The notes: generated from the sequence alone by a model not told the origin. Positions 1 to 8,678 are shown, counted from the first letter of the stretch. The stretch: 14,162 nt of DNA from Alkalispirochaeta sp. (GCA_965242725.1 CBDESZ010000024.1:1-14162), one strand, 5' to 3'. A program made the numbers and translations.

Positions 1-901
1 TTCCTGGGCGGAGCAGCTTCTGGATGATCTGGAAGTGCTTACCACCGTCTCCCGCCTCAATGACCGCAGCCCTCTCGGTTCCGCCGCCAGTTACGGAACG
101 CCGCTGCCCCTGGACAGGGAGTTCGTTGCCGATGCGCTCGGCTTTCGGGAGGTACAGAATAACGTCCTTTCGGTGCAACACTCCCGGGGCGCGCTGGATG
201 GGCGCATCGCCGAATCCCTCGCCGCGGTCGCCCTCACGCTGGGGCGGATGGCGGAAGATCTCATACTCTTTGCCCTGCCGGAAATCGGGTACGTCCTGCT
301 TCCCGATGAACTCTGTTCCGGATCCAGTATCATGCCGCAGAAGAAGAATCCCGACGCCCTGGAGCTGCTCCGGGGCAAGGCCTCCGTCGTGGACGGATGG
401 GCGGCGCAATGCAGGGGCATCCTCAGAGGGCTCCCGTCGGGCTACAATCGGGACGTACAGGATACCAAGGAACCCCTCTTTCGGTCCCTCGAGACTGTGG
501 AAGAGGAAATTGATGTCGCCACGGTGCTCATCACCCGCATCGAACCGAGGCGCGACCGAATGGCGGCGGCGCTGAACGCCGAGCTCTTTGCCACTGACTA
601 CGCCTATCGCCTCGTCGAGGAGGGAGTCCCCTTTCGGGAGGCATACCGCCGCGCCGCTGCGGAATATCGCGACGTTCCCCTGCCGTCGCCGGAGGACGCG
701 TTGAAGCAGCGAAAGAGTACGGGCTCTCCGGGAAATCTTAACCTCGAAACTCCCCGGGAACGGTTGAAACGGGAACGTGCGGCGGTGGAGGCCGACCGGG
801 CGCGCCACCGGAGCGCTCTGAAGAACATCTTCCCCTCTGGGGGGATCGGGTCGCTGCGACCTACGCTCCGCGACGATACCGACGGAACGCCGCGTAGCTG
901 A
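1..901 (+). CDS. argH: Argininosuccinate lyase, 5'-truncated by the window edge
   Basis: Frame is open from position 2 (SWAEQLLDDLEVL...) to TGA at 899-901. It carries the fumarase/ASL signature GSSIMPQKKNPD plus SPLGSAASYG and GLPSGYNRDVQDTKEP, typical of ArgH. Confidence 0.93.
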   Translation, partial: SWAEQLLDDLEVLTTVSRLNDRSPLGSAASYGTPLPLDREFVADALGFREVQNNVLSVQHSRGALDGRIAESLAAVALTLGRMAEDLILFALPEIGYVLLPDELCSGSSIMPQKKNPDALELLRGKASVVDGWAAQCRGILRGLPSGYNRDVQDTKEPLFRSLETVEEEIDVATVLITRIEPRRDRMAAALNAELFATDYAYRLVEEGVPFREAYRRAAAEYRDVPLPSPEDALKQRKSTGSPGNLNLETPRERLKRERAAVEADRARHRSALKNIFPSGGIGSLRPTLRDDTDGTPRS

Positions 902-1679
902 CAAATGCAGCGACGGTAATGAGGTAGGGCAGGGAGAGCAGTATCGTCGGGGGGACCCCCAGCACCGACTGGGCCCTGACGGATAGGGCGTCGATAATGC
1001 CGAAGAAGAGCGCCCCCGCGGCAAGTCCGTAGGGACGGCGATATCCCAGATAGACGATAACCAGGGCGATCCATCCCCGACCGGCGCTGATGTTTGGAAT
1101 ATAGACACCGATTCGCAGTGCCAAGAGGGCGCCGGCAACACCGCTCAGAACGCCCGCCCCGATCAGCCCGAGTGTCTGATACCGGCGCACCCCCAGATGC
1201 TGGGAGCGCATCCATTCCGGCTGTTCACCGGCGATGCGCAGGCGGATTCCCTCCACGGAGTGATAAAGGAAGATCTGAACCGCCGCAACGGTCACGACGG
1301 CGATGACGACCACCGGTACGTACCCGATGCCTTGCTCTCCGATGCGTAACACCCCGCGGCTGGAAAAGAATATCTCCGACAGGAGGGGAAGGGCCCCGGC
1401 GGACATGATATTGATCGCGAGTCCGACGATGAAGGGATTGGCTCGCCACTGGAGGGCGAAGAGCGCAAATATCAGGGAAATGACAACTCCCGATGCGGCG
1501 CCTGCGACGATCGCCCACGTGGCGGAAGCGCCGAAGAGATAGGCCGAAATCGCGGCAAAGGCACCGGCACCTATCATTCCTTCAAGACCGATATTCAGGA
1601 TGCCTCCCCGTTCGGAAATGAGCCCGCCCAGGGCAACAATGAGAAGAATAGATGTGCTTTGAAGGATCTGGGGAATCAT
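861..1679 (-). CDS. ABC transporter permease 2, CUT2/nucleoside (YufQ/NupQ-like) type
   Basis: Hydrophobic 272 aa with SERGGILNIGLEG and SAGRGWIAL motifs. Start reassigned to ATG 1679, which overlaps the upstream permease stop (ATGA, 1676-1679) and follows a GGGAG SD. Confidence 0.88.
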   Translation of the reverse strand: MIPQILQSTSILLIVALGGLISERGGILNIGLEGMIGAGAFAAISAYLFGASATWAIVAGAASGVVISLIFALFALQWRANPFIVGLAINIMSAGALPLLSEIFFSSRGVLRIGEQGIGYVPVVVIAVVTVAAVQIFLYHSVEGIRLRIAGEQPEWMRSQHLGVRRYQTLGLIGAGVLSGVAGALLALRIGVYIPNISAGRGWIALVIVYLGYRRPYGLAAGALFFGIIDALSVRAQSVLGVPPTILLSLPYLITVAAFVSYAAFRRYRRGA

Positions 1680-2698
1680 GCGGTGCTCCCCTTGTGCCGT
1701 GGCTTCCGCCTGCGATTGATGATATCGGCTGTCACAAAGAGGAATACCACCCCCTGAATGAGCGAGCCCAGTTCCCAGGTTGTCTGGTTCTGAAGGACCG
1801 CAGCCCGGGCTCCCGCGGAAAGATAGGCGAAGAAGAGCGCCCCCGGGATGATGAGGGCGGGTCTGTTTCGCGCGATGAGGGCGACGGCAATGCCGTTCCA
1901 CCCGAGGCCCCCGGAGAAGCCGAGAATGCTGCGGTGGTGTATACCCAGCACGAGGATGACACCGGCGAGACCGTGGAGGAGACCGGACAACGCCATCGGT
2001 ATCGTGGTGTACCAGCCCACGGGGATTCCCGCGTATTGGGCAAGGCGGCGGTTGTAGCCGACGATACGGAGTTCATAGCCCGGAAGGGTCCAGTGCAGGA
2101 CAAACCACAAAAGAAGGACCGCCCCGATCGCCCAGAACGCTCCGGTGGTGAGCGATGAAGGCGGAAGAAGGGGCGTCAGCTGCGCCGTGTCGGGTATCGC
2201 TGGCGTTGCGAGGAGGTTGGTTCGGTCGTCACGCAACGGACCGATTATGAGATAGTCAACGACGGGTATAAGCGCCGCCGAAAGAAGGAAGCTTGTGATC
2301 AGTTCATCCGCTCCCGTGTTATGGCGCAACCACCCCGCGGTGCCCGCAATCACGGCGGGGGTCGTCGCCCCGAGGACGACGGCAACGATCAGCGGCAGCG
2401 GCGAGTGGGTGAGCACCACGGTGGTCACCACCGCGGCAACATACACCTGTCCCTCCCCGCCGAGGTTGAAGACTCCCGACCGAAAAGCGATGACCACTCC
2501 CGCTCCCGTGAGTGAAAGGAGCGCCGCCTGGGCAAAGAAGTTACCCAGGGCGTAGGTGTTGCGGAGCGGCCCGAAGAGAAAGGTCGTCAGCGTCCGTCCG
2601 GGATCGGCGGCGGTTACGAGTACCACTACAACCACCGTAACGACCGCCGCTCCCGCGGCGAGGAGGGAGCTTGAAAGTGTCGGTTTTGGACGGACCAC
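1676..2698 (-). CDS. ABC transporter permease 1, CUT2/nucleoside (YufP/NupP-like) type
   Basis: Multi-TM 340 aa with FRSGVFNLGGEGQ, GYELRIVGYN..AQYAGI and GWNGIAVALIARN. GTG start at 2698 lies 1 nt after the ATPase stop, with GGAGG upstream. Confidence 0.88.
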   Translation of the reverse strand: MVRPKPTLSSSLLAAGAAVVTVVVVVLVTAADPGRTLTTFLFGPLRNTYALGNFFAQAALLSLTGAGVVIAFRSGVFNLGGEGQVYVAAVVTTVVLTHSPLPLIVAVVLGATTPAVIAGTAGWLRHNTGADELITSFLLSAALIPVVDYLIIGPLRDDRTNLLATPAIPDTAQLTPLLPPSSLTTGAFWAIGAVLLLWFVLHWTLPGYELRIVGYNRRLAQYAGIPVGWYTTIPMALSGLLHGLAGVILVLGIHHRSILGFSGGLGWNGIAVALIARNRPALIIPGALFFAYLSAGARAAVLQNQTTWELGSLIQGVVFLFVTADIINRRRKPRHKGSTA

Positions 2699-2699
2699 G

Positions 2700-4220
2700 T
2701 TACCTGTCCTCCCGTTCGGCCTTTGCCCCGGGAGATCCGGCAAAGGCGTGGCTGATTTCAAGTGTTTCTTCCGGATGATACGGCCCGGAAATCGCACCGG
2801 CGGTGAGGACATAGACAGAATGGGCGAGGGTGACCACCGATTCCACGGTGGAGCTGAGAATCAGTACCGCCGTGTTCCGCTCCGCCAGCTGCCTGAGGTA
2901 CGTACCAAGGAGATTCTGGCTGTGGAGGTCCAGACCGGCGAAGGGTTCCGCGATGATGCACGCCGGCGTCGGCCGGTCGAGTTCCCTGGCAAGAATGAGT
3001 TTCTGAATCGTACCGCCCGAGAGCGCTCCCAGGGGGACGGACATTGACGCCGATACGCCGAAGCGCCCGAGGAGGGAGGAGGTCACCCCCTGTGACTGGT
3101 GGGCGGTCTTGATTCCTCCGGGATGTACCCGTGTTCGCACCTGGAGTATGGCGTTCTCCTCTACACTGCCGTCGAGGGCGGCGGCGGTGTCAAAACGGTC
3201 GGAGGGTATAAAGACCGCTCCCTGCCGTCTGAGATCCGCGGGGGTGATGCTTGATGCGAGACGCTGTCCCGCAACCCGCACCGCTCCGTCAAGAAGACGC
3301 GCCTCGCCGGAGAGATAGCGTTCCAGAAGATCCAGTCCCGATTCACGTATGCCCGTCACCGCGGTGATCTCTCCCGGCGGTGCGACAAAGGAAAGGGGAC
3401 CGACACTTCTGTCGCTCCAGCGATCGTAAATGCGCGTGTCGTCAAAGCGGAGACCGGCACTGCGGTCTTCTTCCCGGGTGTTTCGTCTCGCCGGATCGAC
3501 AATGTGCGGCGGGGCGGTCCCAAACATGAGATCCGCCAGGGTTTCGCCCGATAACGGTGCGGAGAGGGTCTGAAGGGTACGGCCCTCCCTGATTACCGTT
3601 ACCGCATCGGAAATCCGGGATACCTCGTTCAGGTCGTGGGAAATGTAGAGAATCCCCAGCCCGTCGGCACGGAGCGACTCAAGGCTCCTGAGGATCGCCT
3701 CCCGGTCTGTTGTCGCCAGGCCCACCGTGGGTTCGTCCAGAATGATGAGATCCGGTTTTCTTGCCAGCGCCGCCACCAGAGCGGCAAGGCGGAGTTCCGT
3801 ACCGTTGAGGTCACCCGCCGGTTTATTCAGGTCCAGGTCTATGGCATACCGGCGGGTCGTCTCTGTGAGAAGATCCTTTGCGGCACGTCGGTCGATAAAG
3901 GGACCGAACCGGGGCTCGCATCCGAGGAGAATATTCTGCCACAGGGGAACGGTACCGGCCATGCGTGGATACTGGGGGACGATTGAACGCTTAAGGGGCC
4001 GCTCTTCACTCCTCCGGTGTTCCCTGACGGTGCCGCCGTCGGGAACTTCGATGTCGGCAAGGATGCGCATGAGCGTCGATTTTCCCGCGCCGTTCTCTCC
4101 AACGAGACCGTGAATGCGTGCCGATGCGAGGGTGATCGTCGCGTCGGCGAGGGCCTGTACGGCTCCGTACCGTTTTTCGATGTGATGCGCTTCAATGAGC
4201 GCCGCGGCGGCGGGTATCAA
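2700..4220 (-). CDS. ABC transporter ATP-binding protein, tandem-NBD CUT2 family
   Basis: NBD1 has Walker A GENGAGKS, Walker B LIILDEPT and H-loop ISH. NBD2 has signature LSGG..QK and a degenerate Walker A. Probable TTG start at 4220, just after the BMP gene stop, with GAGG upstream. Confidence 0.88.
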   Translation of the reverse strand: MIPAAAALIEAHHIEKRYGAVQALADATITLASARIHGLVGENGAGKSTLMRILADIEVPDGGTVREHRRSEERPLKRSIVPQYPRMAGTVPLWQNILLGCEPRFGPFIDRRAAKDLLTETTRRYAIDLDLNKPAGDLNGTELRLAALVAALARKPDLIILDEPTVGLATTDREAILRSLESLRADGLGILYISHDLNEVSRISDAVTVIREGRTLQTLSAPLSGETLADLMFGTAPPHIVDPARRNTREEDRSAGLRFDDTRIYDRWSDRSVGPLSFVAPPGEITAVTGIRESGLDLLERYLSGEARLLDGAVRVAGQRLASSITPADLRRQGAVFIPSDRFDTAAALDGSVEENAILQVRTRVHPGGIKTAHQSQGVTSSLLGRFGVSASMSVPLGALSGGTIQKLILARELDRPTPACIIAEPFAGLDLHSQNLLGTYLRQLAERNTAVLILSSTVESVVTLAHSVYVLTAGAISGPYHPEETLEISHAFAGSPGAKAEREDR

Positions 4221-4233
4221 TGTGCGCAGGACC

Positions 4234-5295
4234 TCACAATTCCGCGGTGGGCATGGGAAGGTCGAGTTCCCCCGATCCCATGCGTTCCAGGAGGTTTTCC
4301 ATCTCCTCGATAATGGGTTGCGGGACAAGTTCTCTGAACGCAGGGTGACTCGTATCGAAACTCACCGCACCGTCGGTAACACCGAGTATCTGCGCCGATC
4401 CGTATTCCAGCTCTCCCCGGATCGCCTGCAGTGTCGCCTCATAGGTGGCAACATCCTGTCTGACAAAGGATGAGCCGGCGACGATTCCCGGAGCCTGGTC
4501 ATACCCGATGTCGTCGTACCAGACGACGTAGGTGTTCCGCTCCCGCGCTGCGGATATGACGCCCTGGTTACCGCCACCGGCGATGGTGAGGACGATGTCA
4601 CTTCCCTGGGTGATCATGTCCGCCGCGATTTCCTGCGCCTTTCCGGCGTCGTACCAGTTCCCCAGTACCCGAAAATCGACGGTGCCGCTTCCGACGACGG
4701 CGTCCAGACCGAGCTGAAATGCCGGAAGAATGACGTTGTTCATGATTGGATATTCCTGACCTGCCAGCAGTCCGATGCGGCTGTCGTCATTTACTCCCGT
4801 CATGGAGCTTGTCGTCACCAGTCCGGCGAAGTATCCGCAAAGGAAGGCCTGCTCCATCTGGTTGAAGAGAATCGTGTGGATCTGCGGGTGTCCTTCCAGG
4901 TAGCCGTCAAGGACAAGAAAGTTCACGTCATCCACGACGGAGGTAACCTCCGCGACAATTTCCGGCATACTCGGATTGGATGTCACGATGAGGTCGTATG
5001 ACCCCGACGACGCCATGGACATGACGCCTTCTTCCCACGTCGCCTGGTTGAATCCGCCTTCCACAACGGCCACGGTGGATCGACCGCCTTCTTCCGCCGC
5101 CCGTCTGACACCATCCACAACCATCTCATAGGTGGGACTTCCGTCGACGACACCGGGTACGAAGACGCCGATGCTGAAAACGTCGTTTTCGCCATCAGCG
5201 GCGGCTCCCGAATCGGTGACGATATATACCACAACCAATGCGACGACGATGATAATAAGGGCCGCGACGAGGCCCAGAGTTTTCTTTCTATCCAT
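4234..5295 (-). CDS. BMP/PnrA-family ABC substrate-binding protein (nucleoside- or sugar-binding), N-terminal membrane anchor
   Basis: Motifs FNQMEQAFLCGYFAGL, GNWYDAGKAQEIA and AGGGNQGVISAARE resemble BMP/PnrA. Start MDRKK at 5295 is followed by a hydrophobic stretch. First gene of the ABC operon. Confidence 0.85.
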   Translation of the reverse strand: MDRKKTLGLVAALIIIVVALVVVYIVTDSGAAADGENDVFSIGVFVPGVVDGSPTYEMVVDGVRRAAEEGGRSTVAVVEGGFNQATWEEGVMSMASSGSYDLIVTSNPSMPEIVAEVTSVVDDVNFLVLDGYLEGHPQIHTILFNQMEQAFLCGYFAGLVTTSSMTGVNDDSRIGLLAGQEYPIMNNVILPAFQLGLDAVVGSGTVDFRVLGNWYDAGKAQEIAADMITQGSDIVLTIAGGGNQGVISAARERNTYVVWYDDIGYDQAPGIVAGSSFVRQDVATYEATLQAIRGELEYGSAQILGVTDGAVSFDTSHPAFRELVPQPIIEEMENLLERMGSGELDLPMPTAEL

Positions 5296-5301
5296 ACCAT
5301 G

Positions 5302-5330
5302 AATGTACCCTTCAACGGCGACGGTTGCAA
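5302..5330 (-). promoter_or_regulatory. Putative sigma70 promoter of the ABC operon
   Basis: Minus strand reads TTGCAA-17 bp-TACATT-6 nt-ATG(5295). Confidence 0.65.
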
Positions 5331-5360
5331 CAAACGGCGGGGGGACGGTGAGGCGGCTGA

Positions 5361-5389
5361 TTGACCGCCGGAATCGACGGTGATAGCTT
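5361..5389 (+). promoter_or_regulatory. Putative sigma70 promoter (extended -10) of the FGGY kinase
   Basis: TTGACC(5361-5366)-17 bp-TAGCTT(5384-5389), with TG at 5381-5382. Confidence 0.6.
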
Positions 5390-5397
5390 GCTATTCT

Positions 5398-6792
5398 GTG
5401 AATACTCAGGAGAACCACGGACCGACGATACTCGTCATCGATATCGGCACCTCCAGTGTCAAGGCGGCGGTCATGAACGGCGAAGGACGCCTCCTGTCGG
5501 AGGGGCGACGCAAGATCATGGGACCCTCTGAAAAGAGCGACTCCTTTGAAGCGTACCGCTGGATCGAGGCGCTTCAGCATACCGTACCGTATGTGGCGGG
5601 CCACTACCGGATCGATGCGGTGGTTCTCAGCGGTAACGGGCCGACAGTGGTCGCCGTGGATGACGAGGGTAGGGTTCTCGATCGTCCCCTTCTGTGGCTT
5701 GATGCGCGGGCGCTGCCCCTTGAAGGTTCCAAATCGTTGTATCTTCCCAAAATCGCGTGGTTTGAGCGGCGGGCGGAGGCCGGCAGGGTGCGGTGGTACC
5801 TGCCGTTCCCGGAATATCTCATGTATGTACTGACCGGCGAGGCTGTCGCGATCACCCCGAGCGACGAGTTTATGCCCTACATCTGGAACACCGAGGAACT
5901 TGGCCGGCTGGGAATGGACGCCGACCGGTTTCCGCCGTTTGTATCAATCGGGACGGTGGTGGGAAGGGTGACCGCGGCGGCGGCGGATTTGATTTCTCTC
6001 CCCCAGGGTACGCCGGTCATCGCCGGGGGATCGGACTTCCTGATGAGCCTCGTTGGAACGGGAACGGTACGGAAGGGTCGTACCTGTGACCGGGCCGGGA
6101 CGTCGGAAGGGATCAACCACTGCGCCGCTGCCCCCCTGCAGGCGCCGGGGGTGAGAACACTGCCCCATGTGATACCGGGGTTGTACAACGTTGCCGGTAT
6201 CCTGTCGGCGACGGGGCTGCTTTTCGAGTGGTTTCGGGAAATAAGCGGACAGACCGGCCGCGACTACGCCTCGATGATGCTTGATATCATGAATGTCCCG
6301 GAAGATGCGCGCATTCCCTGGTTTTTTCCTTCGGTCCATCGTGGCGCCGCCTGGGAGTTTCAGCGGGGCATGTTCATCGGTCTCGGGGCGGAGCACACCG
6401 GCGCAATGATGGGACGGGCGGTGGTGCTTTCCATCGGATTTGCCGTGCGGGAAGCGATAGAAATTCTGCGCAATACGGGAGCAGAGATAACCGAACTCCG
6501 GGCGTGCGGCGGCCAGGCAAAAAACGGGCTCTGGACGCAGATGAAATCGGATATCGTGGGTGTACCGATTTCCGTTCCGGAAGTCGCCGATGCGGAACTT
6601 ACGGGGAATCTCTGTGCCGGCCTCGTAGCCCTCGGGGAAGCCGACGACCTCGTGGAGGGGGCGGAACGGGTCGTTCACACCCTGCACACCTTCGAGCCGG
6701 CGCCGGAGCAGACGGAGCGCTTCACCGAGCAGTATGAGCGTTATCGCGAGCGTTATGAGACGTTTCGCACCGCCCTTGAGTCATGTCTGTAA
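5398..6792 (+). CDS. FGGY-family carbohydrate kinase (xylulokinase-like)
   Basis: N-terminal IDIGTSSVKA phosphate-1 motif, LLWLDAR, PVIAGGSD, GTSEG and CGGQAKNGLWTQMKSDI. GTG 5398 is the likely start (alternative GTG 5380). Confidence 0.88.
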   Translation: MNTQENHGPTILVIDIGTSSVKAAVMNGEGRLLSEGRRKIMGPSEKSDSFEAYRWIEALQHTVPYVAGHYRIDAVVLSGNGPTVVAVDDEGRVLDRPLLWLDARALPLEGSKSLYLPKIAWFERRAEAGRVRWYLPFPEYLMYVLTGEAVAITPSDEFMPYIWNTEELGRLGMDADRFPPFVSIGTVVGRVTAAAADLISLPQGTPVIAGGSDFLMSLVGTGTVRKGRTCDRAGTSEGINHCAAAPLQAPGVRTLPHVIPGLYNVAGILSATGLLFEWFREISGQTGRDYASMMLDIMNVPEDARIPWFFPSVHRGAAWEFQRGMFIGLGAEHTGAMMGRAVVLSIGFAVREAIEILRNTGAEITELRACGGQAKNGLWTQMKSDIVGVPISVPEVADAELTGNLCAGLVALGEADDLVEGAERVVHTLHTFEPAPEQTERFTEQYERYRERYETFRTALESCL

Positions 6793-6826
6793 AAAAAGCG
6801 CCGCCCCCGGGAGGGCGACGCCTTTT
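6791..6826 (-). terminator. Rho-independent terminator between the convergent kinase and glnK genes, possibly bidirectional
   Basis: Minus strand reads GCGTCGCCC-TCCCGG-GGGCGGCGC-TTTTTTT (9-bp stem with one G-U pair, U7 tail). A TTTT follows the stem on the plus strand. Confidence 0.8.
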
Positions 6827-6845
6827 GGTTCAGCAGCGCTCGGAG

Positions 6846-7187
6846 TTACCCGATCGCTTCCGTGCCGGTTTCACCTGTGCGAATACGAATCACATCGTCC
6901 AGGGGGATCACGAAGATCTTGCCGTCTCCGATCGTCCCCGTTCGCGCACCTTTGACGATGGCATCGATCGTCGGCTGAACGAACTCGGAGTTGACCGCAA
7001 TCTCGAGGCGCACCTTCTTCAGAAGATTCACTTCGATATCGACACCGCGATACGTCTCATGGTACCCCTTCTGCTGTCCCGCCCCGAGGGCGTTGCTCAC
7101 CGACATTTTAAATACCTGGGCGCGATAGAGCTCCTCTTTCACCTCATTGAGCTTATGGGGCTGTATATACGCTACGATTAATTTCAT
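6846..7187 (-). CDS. glnK: P-II family nitrogen regulatory protein (GlnK-type, amt-linked)
   Basis: 113 aa with T-loop GQQKG..ETYRG, K58, B-loop [11 protein letters not shown] and C-loop RIRTGE. SD AGGAGGTG. Lies 11 bp downstream of amtB. Confidence 0.93.
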   Translation of the reverse strand: MKLIVAYIQPHKLNEVKEELYRAQVFKMSVSNALGAGQQKGYHETYRGVDIEVNLLKKVRLEIAVNSEFVQPTIDAIVKGARTGTIGDGKIFVIPLDDVIRIRTGETGTEAIG

Positions 7188-7198
7188 CGTTCACCTCC

Positions 7199-8506
7199 TT
7201 ACATGTTGGAAAAGATCTGGAATCCGCTGTAGGACTCGGCTCCATGTTCCGAAATATCCAGTCCCAGCAGCTCCTCGTCGTCCTTCACGCGGAGGAGTCC
7301 GAAAAACTTCAGAATTCCGAACAGGAGAAACGCAAGGACGATGACCCACATGAAGACCGCCGCGATTCCCAGGAGCTGAACGCCGATCTGTCCGCCCCTG
7401 GTCAGATCGCTTCCTATCTTGGAAATGTCGCCGAACAGCCCGACCGCCAGGGTGCCCCAGGCACCAACGACACCGTGTACGCTCACCGCACCGACGGGAT
7501 CGTCAATATGAAAGAGCTTGTCGATCGTTTCTACAGAGGCGACCACCAGGATGCCTCCCACAAATCCTACGACAATGGACATGGCCGGGGAAATGACCCA
7601 CGTTCCCGCGGTTATCGCGACCAGGCCGGCAAGTGCGCCGTTCAGCGACATCGAGGGATCGGGCTTCCCAAACCAGATCCAGGACGTGAACATTGCGGCG
7701 ATGGCACCGGCGGAGGCGGCAAGGGTTGTCGTCGTCGCCACATAGGCGATATCGGCGTCCATGCCTGCCAGGGTACTTCCCGCATTGAATCCGTACCATC
7801 CAAACCAGAGGATGAAGACGCCCAGGGCGGCCAGAGGCATGTTGTGACCCTGTATCGCCTTGACGACGACCTTGTCGCCAACCTTGACGTACTTTCCGCG
7901 GCGGGCGCCGATCACGATCGCTCCGGCCAGTGCAGCCCAGGCACCGACGGAGTGGACGACGGTGGAGCCGGCAAAATCATGGAAACCGAGCTCCGAAAGC
8001 CATCCGCCGTTCCAGATCCAGTGCCCGCTCACGGGGTAGACGAGGGCGGTGATCACTACGGAATACAGTAGATAGCCCGAATATTTGGTCCGCTCCGCCA
8101 TGGCTCCACTGACGATCGTCGCCGCCGTTGCGGCAAATACGACCTGGAAAAACCAGTCCCGATAGACAACCGAGTCTGCGCCGGAAAGAAAGAACTGATC
8201 CGTTCCAAAGAGGCCGCCCGCTGACGTTCCATACATCAATCCCCATCCTATGACGAAGTACGCCAGTGCCCCGACGGCAAAATCCATGAGGTTTTTCATG
8301 ATGATGTTTGACGCATTCTTTGCCCGGGTGAGACCGGTCTCCACCATTGCAAATCCCGCCTGCATGAAAAACACAAGCGCCCCGGAAATGGTGAGCCAGA
8401 TCATATCAAAGGCAGCAACGATTTCCGGCATCACCTCCTGTGCCGCCAACTGTCCAATCGCCAGGACGAAGAACAGCACGGACCCAATAACCAGTCGACG
8501 ACTCAT
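7199..8506 (-). CDS. amtB: Ammonium transporter (Amt family)
   Basis: Motifs FFMQAGFAMVETG, DFAGSTVVH (first pore His), WFGWYGFNAGS and DDPVGAVSVHG (second pore His). Signal-peptide-like N-terminus. SD GAGGAGGT. Confidence 0.96.
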   Translation of the reverse strand: MSRRLVIGSVLFFVLAIGQLAAQEVMPEIVAAFDMIWLTISGALVFFMQAGFAMVETGLTRAKNASNIIMKNLMDFAVGALAYFVIGWGLMYGTSAGGLFGTDQFFLSGADSVVYRDWFFQVVFAATAATIVSGAMAERTKYSGYLLYSVVITALVYPVSGHWIWNGGWLSELGFHDFAGSTVVHSVGAWAALAGAIVIGARRGKYVKVGDKVVVKAIQGHNMPLAALGVFILWFGWYGFNAGSTLAGMDADIAYVATTTTLAASAGAIAAMFTSWIWFGKPDPSMSLNGALAGLVAITAGTWVISPAMSIVVGFVGGILVVASVETIDKLFHIDDPVGAVSVHGVVGAWGTLAVGLFGDISKIGSDLTRGGQIGVQLLGIAAVFMWVIVLAFLLFGILKFFGLLRVKDDEELLGLDISEHGAESYSGFQIFSNM

Positions 8507-8543
8507 ACATTACCTCCTCAGTAAAACGTCGTTACCGGCTATT

Positions 8544-8560
8544 AGTAATATCCGTGCCAG
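8544..8560 (-). promoter_or_regulatory. Putative sigma54 (-24/-12) promoter of amtB-glnK
   Basis: Minus strand CTGGCACGGATATTACT has a perfect TGGCACG -24 element and correct spacing, with -12 TTAC instead of TTGC. It lies ~40 bp upstream of the amtB start and downstream of a sigma54 activator gene. Confidence 0.7.
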
Positions 8561-8678
8561 GATGGCGAAGGACGGGAAAGGTTTTTTTCACTGTCTGTAA
8601 CTGACACTGGAGAAAGAAATTAGCAGACTCCGGCCGCCGGCGGGTAATCGTGAGCGACCGTTTCCCATCAATAAAAAG

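Noticed and set aside
2700..3400. Degenerate Walker A/B in the second NBD and degenerate signature in the first NBD as pseudogene signs
   Set aside because: This asymmetry is normal for tandem-NBD CUT2 ATPases, and the frame is intact.
5296..5604. Long N-terminal extension of the BMP ORF, and likewise the extensions of ORFs to 1901, 2812 and 4328
   Set aside because: They overlap neighbouring genes. Downstream starts at 5295, 1679, 2698 and 4220 give normal domain boundaries and coupled or closely spaced junctions.
7244..8071. Long antisense or alternate-frame ORFs (7244-8071, 5944-6687, 8775-9506, 604-1215, 10391-10933, 13576-14043 and others)
   Set aside because: They lie within or opposite well-supported genes, have no recognisable motifs, and are expected shadows in GC-rich coding DNA.
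8592..8606. TGTCTGTAACTGACA as a NifA UAS
   Set aside because: Spacing is TGT-N9-ACA, not N10. It is a single copy only ~30-45 bp from the -24 element, and the HTH is not NifA-type. It could be a bending-protein site but this is unsupported.
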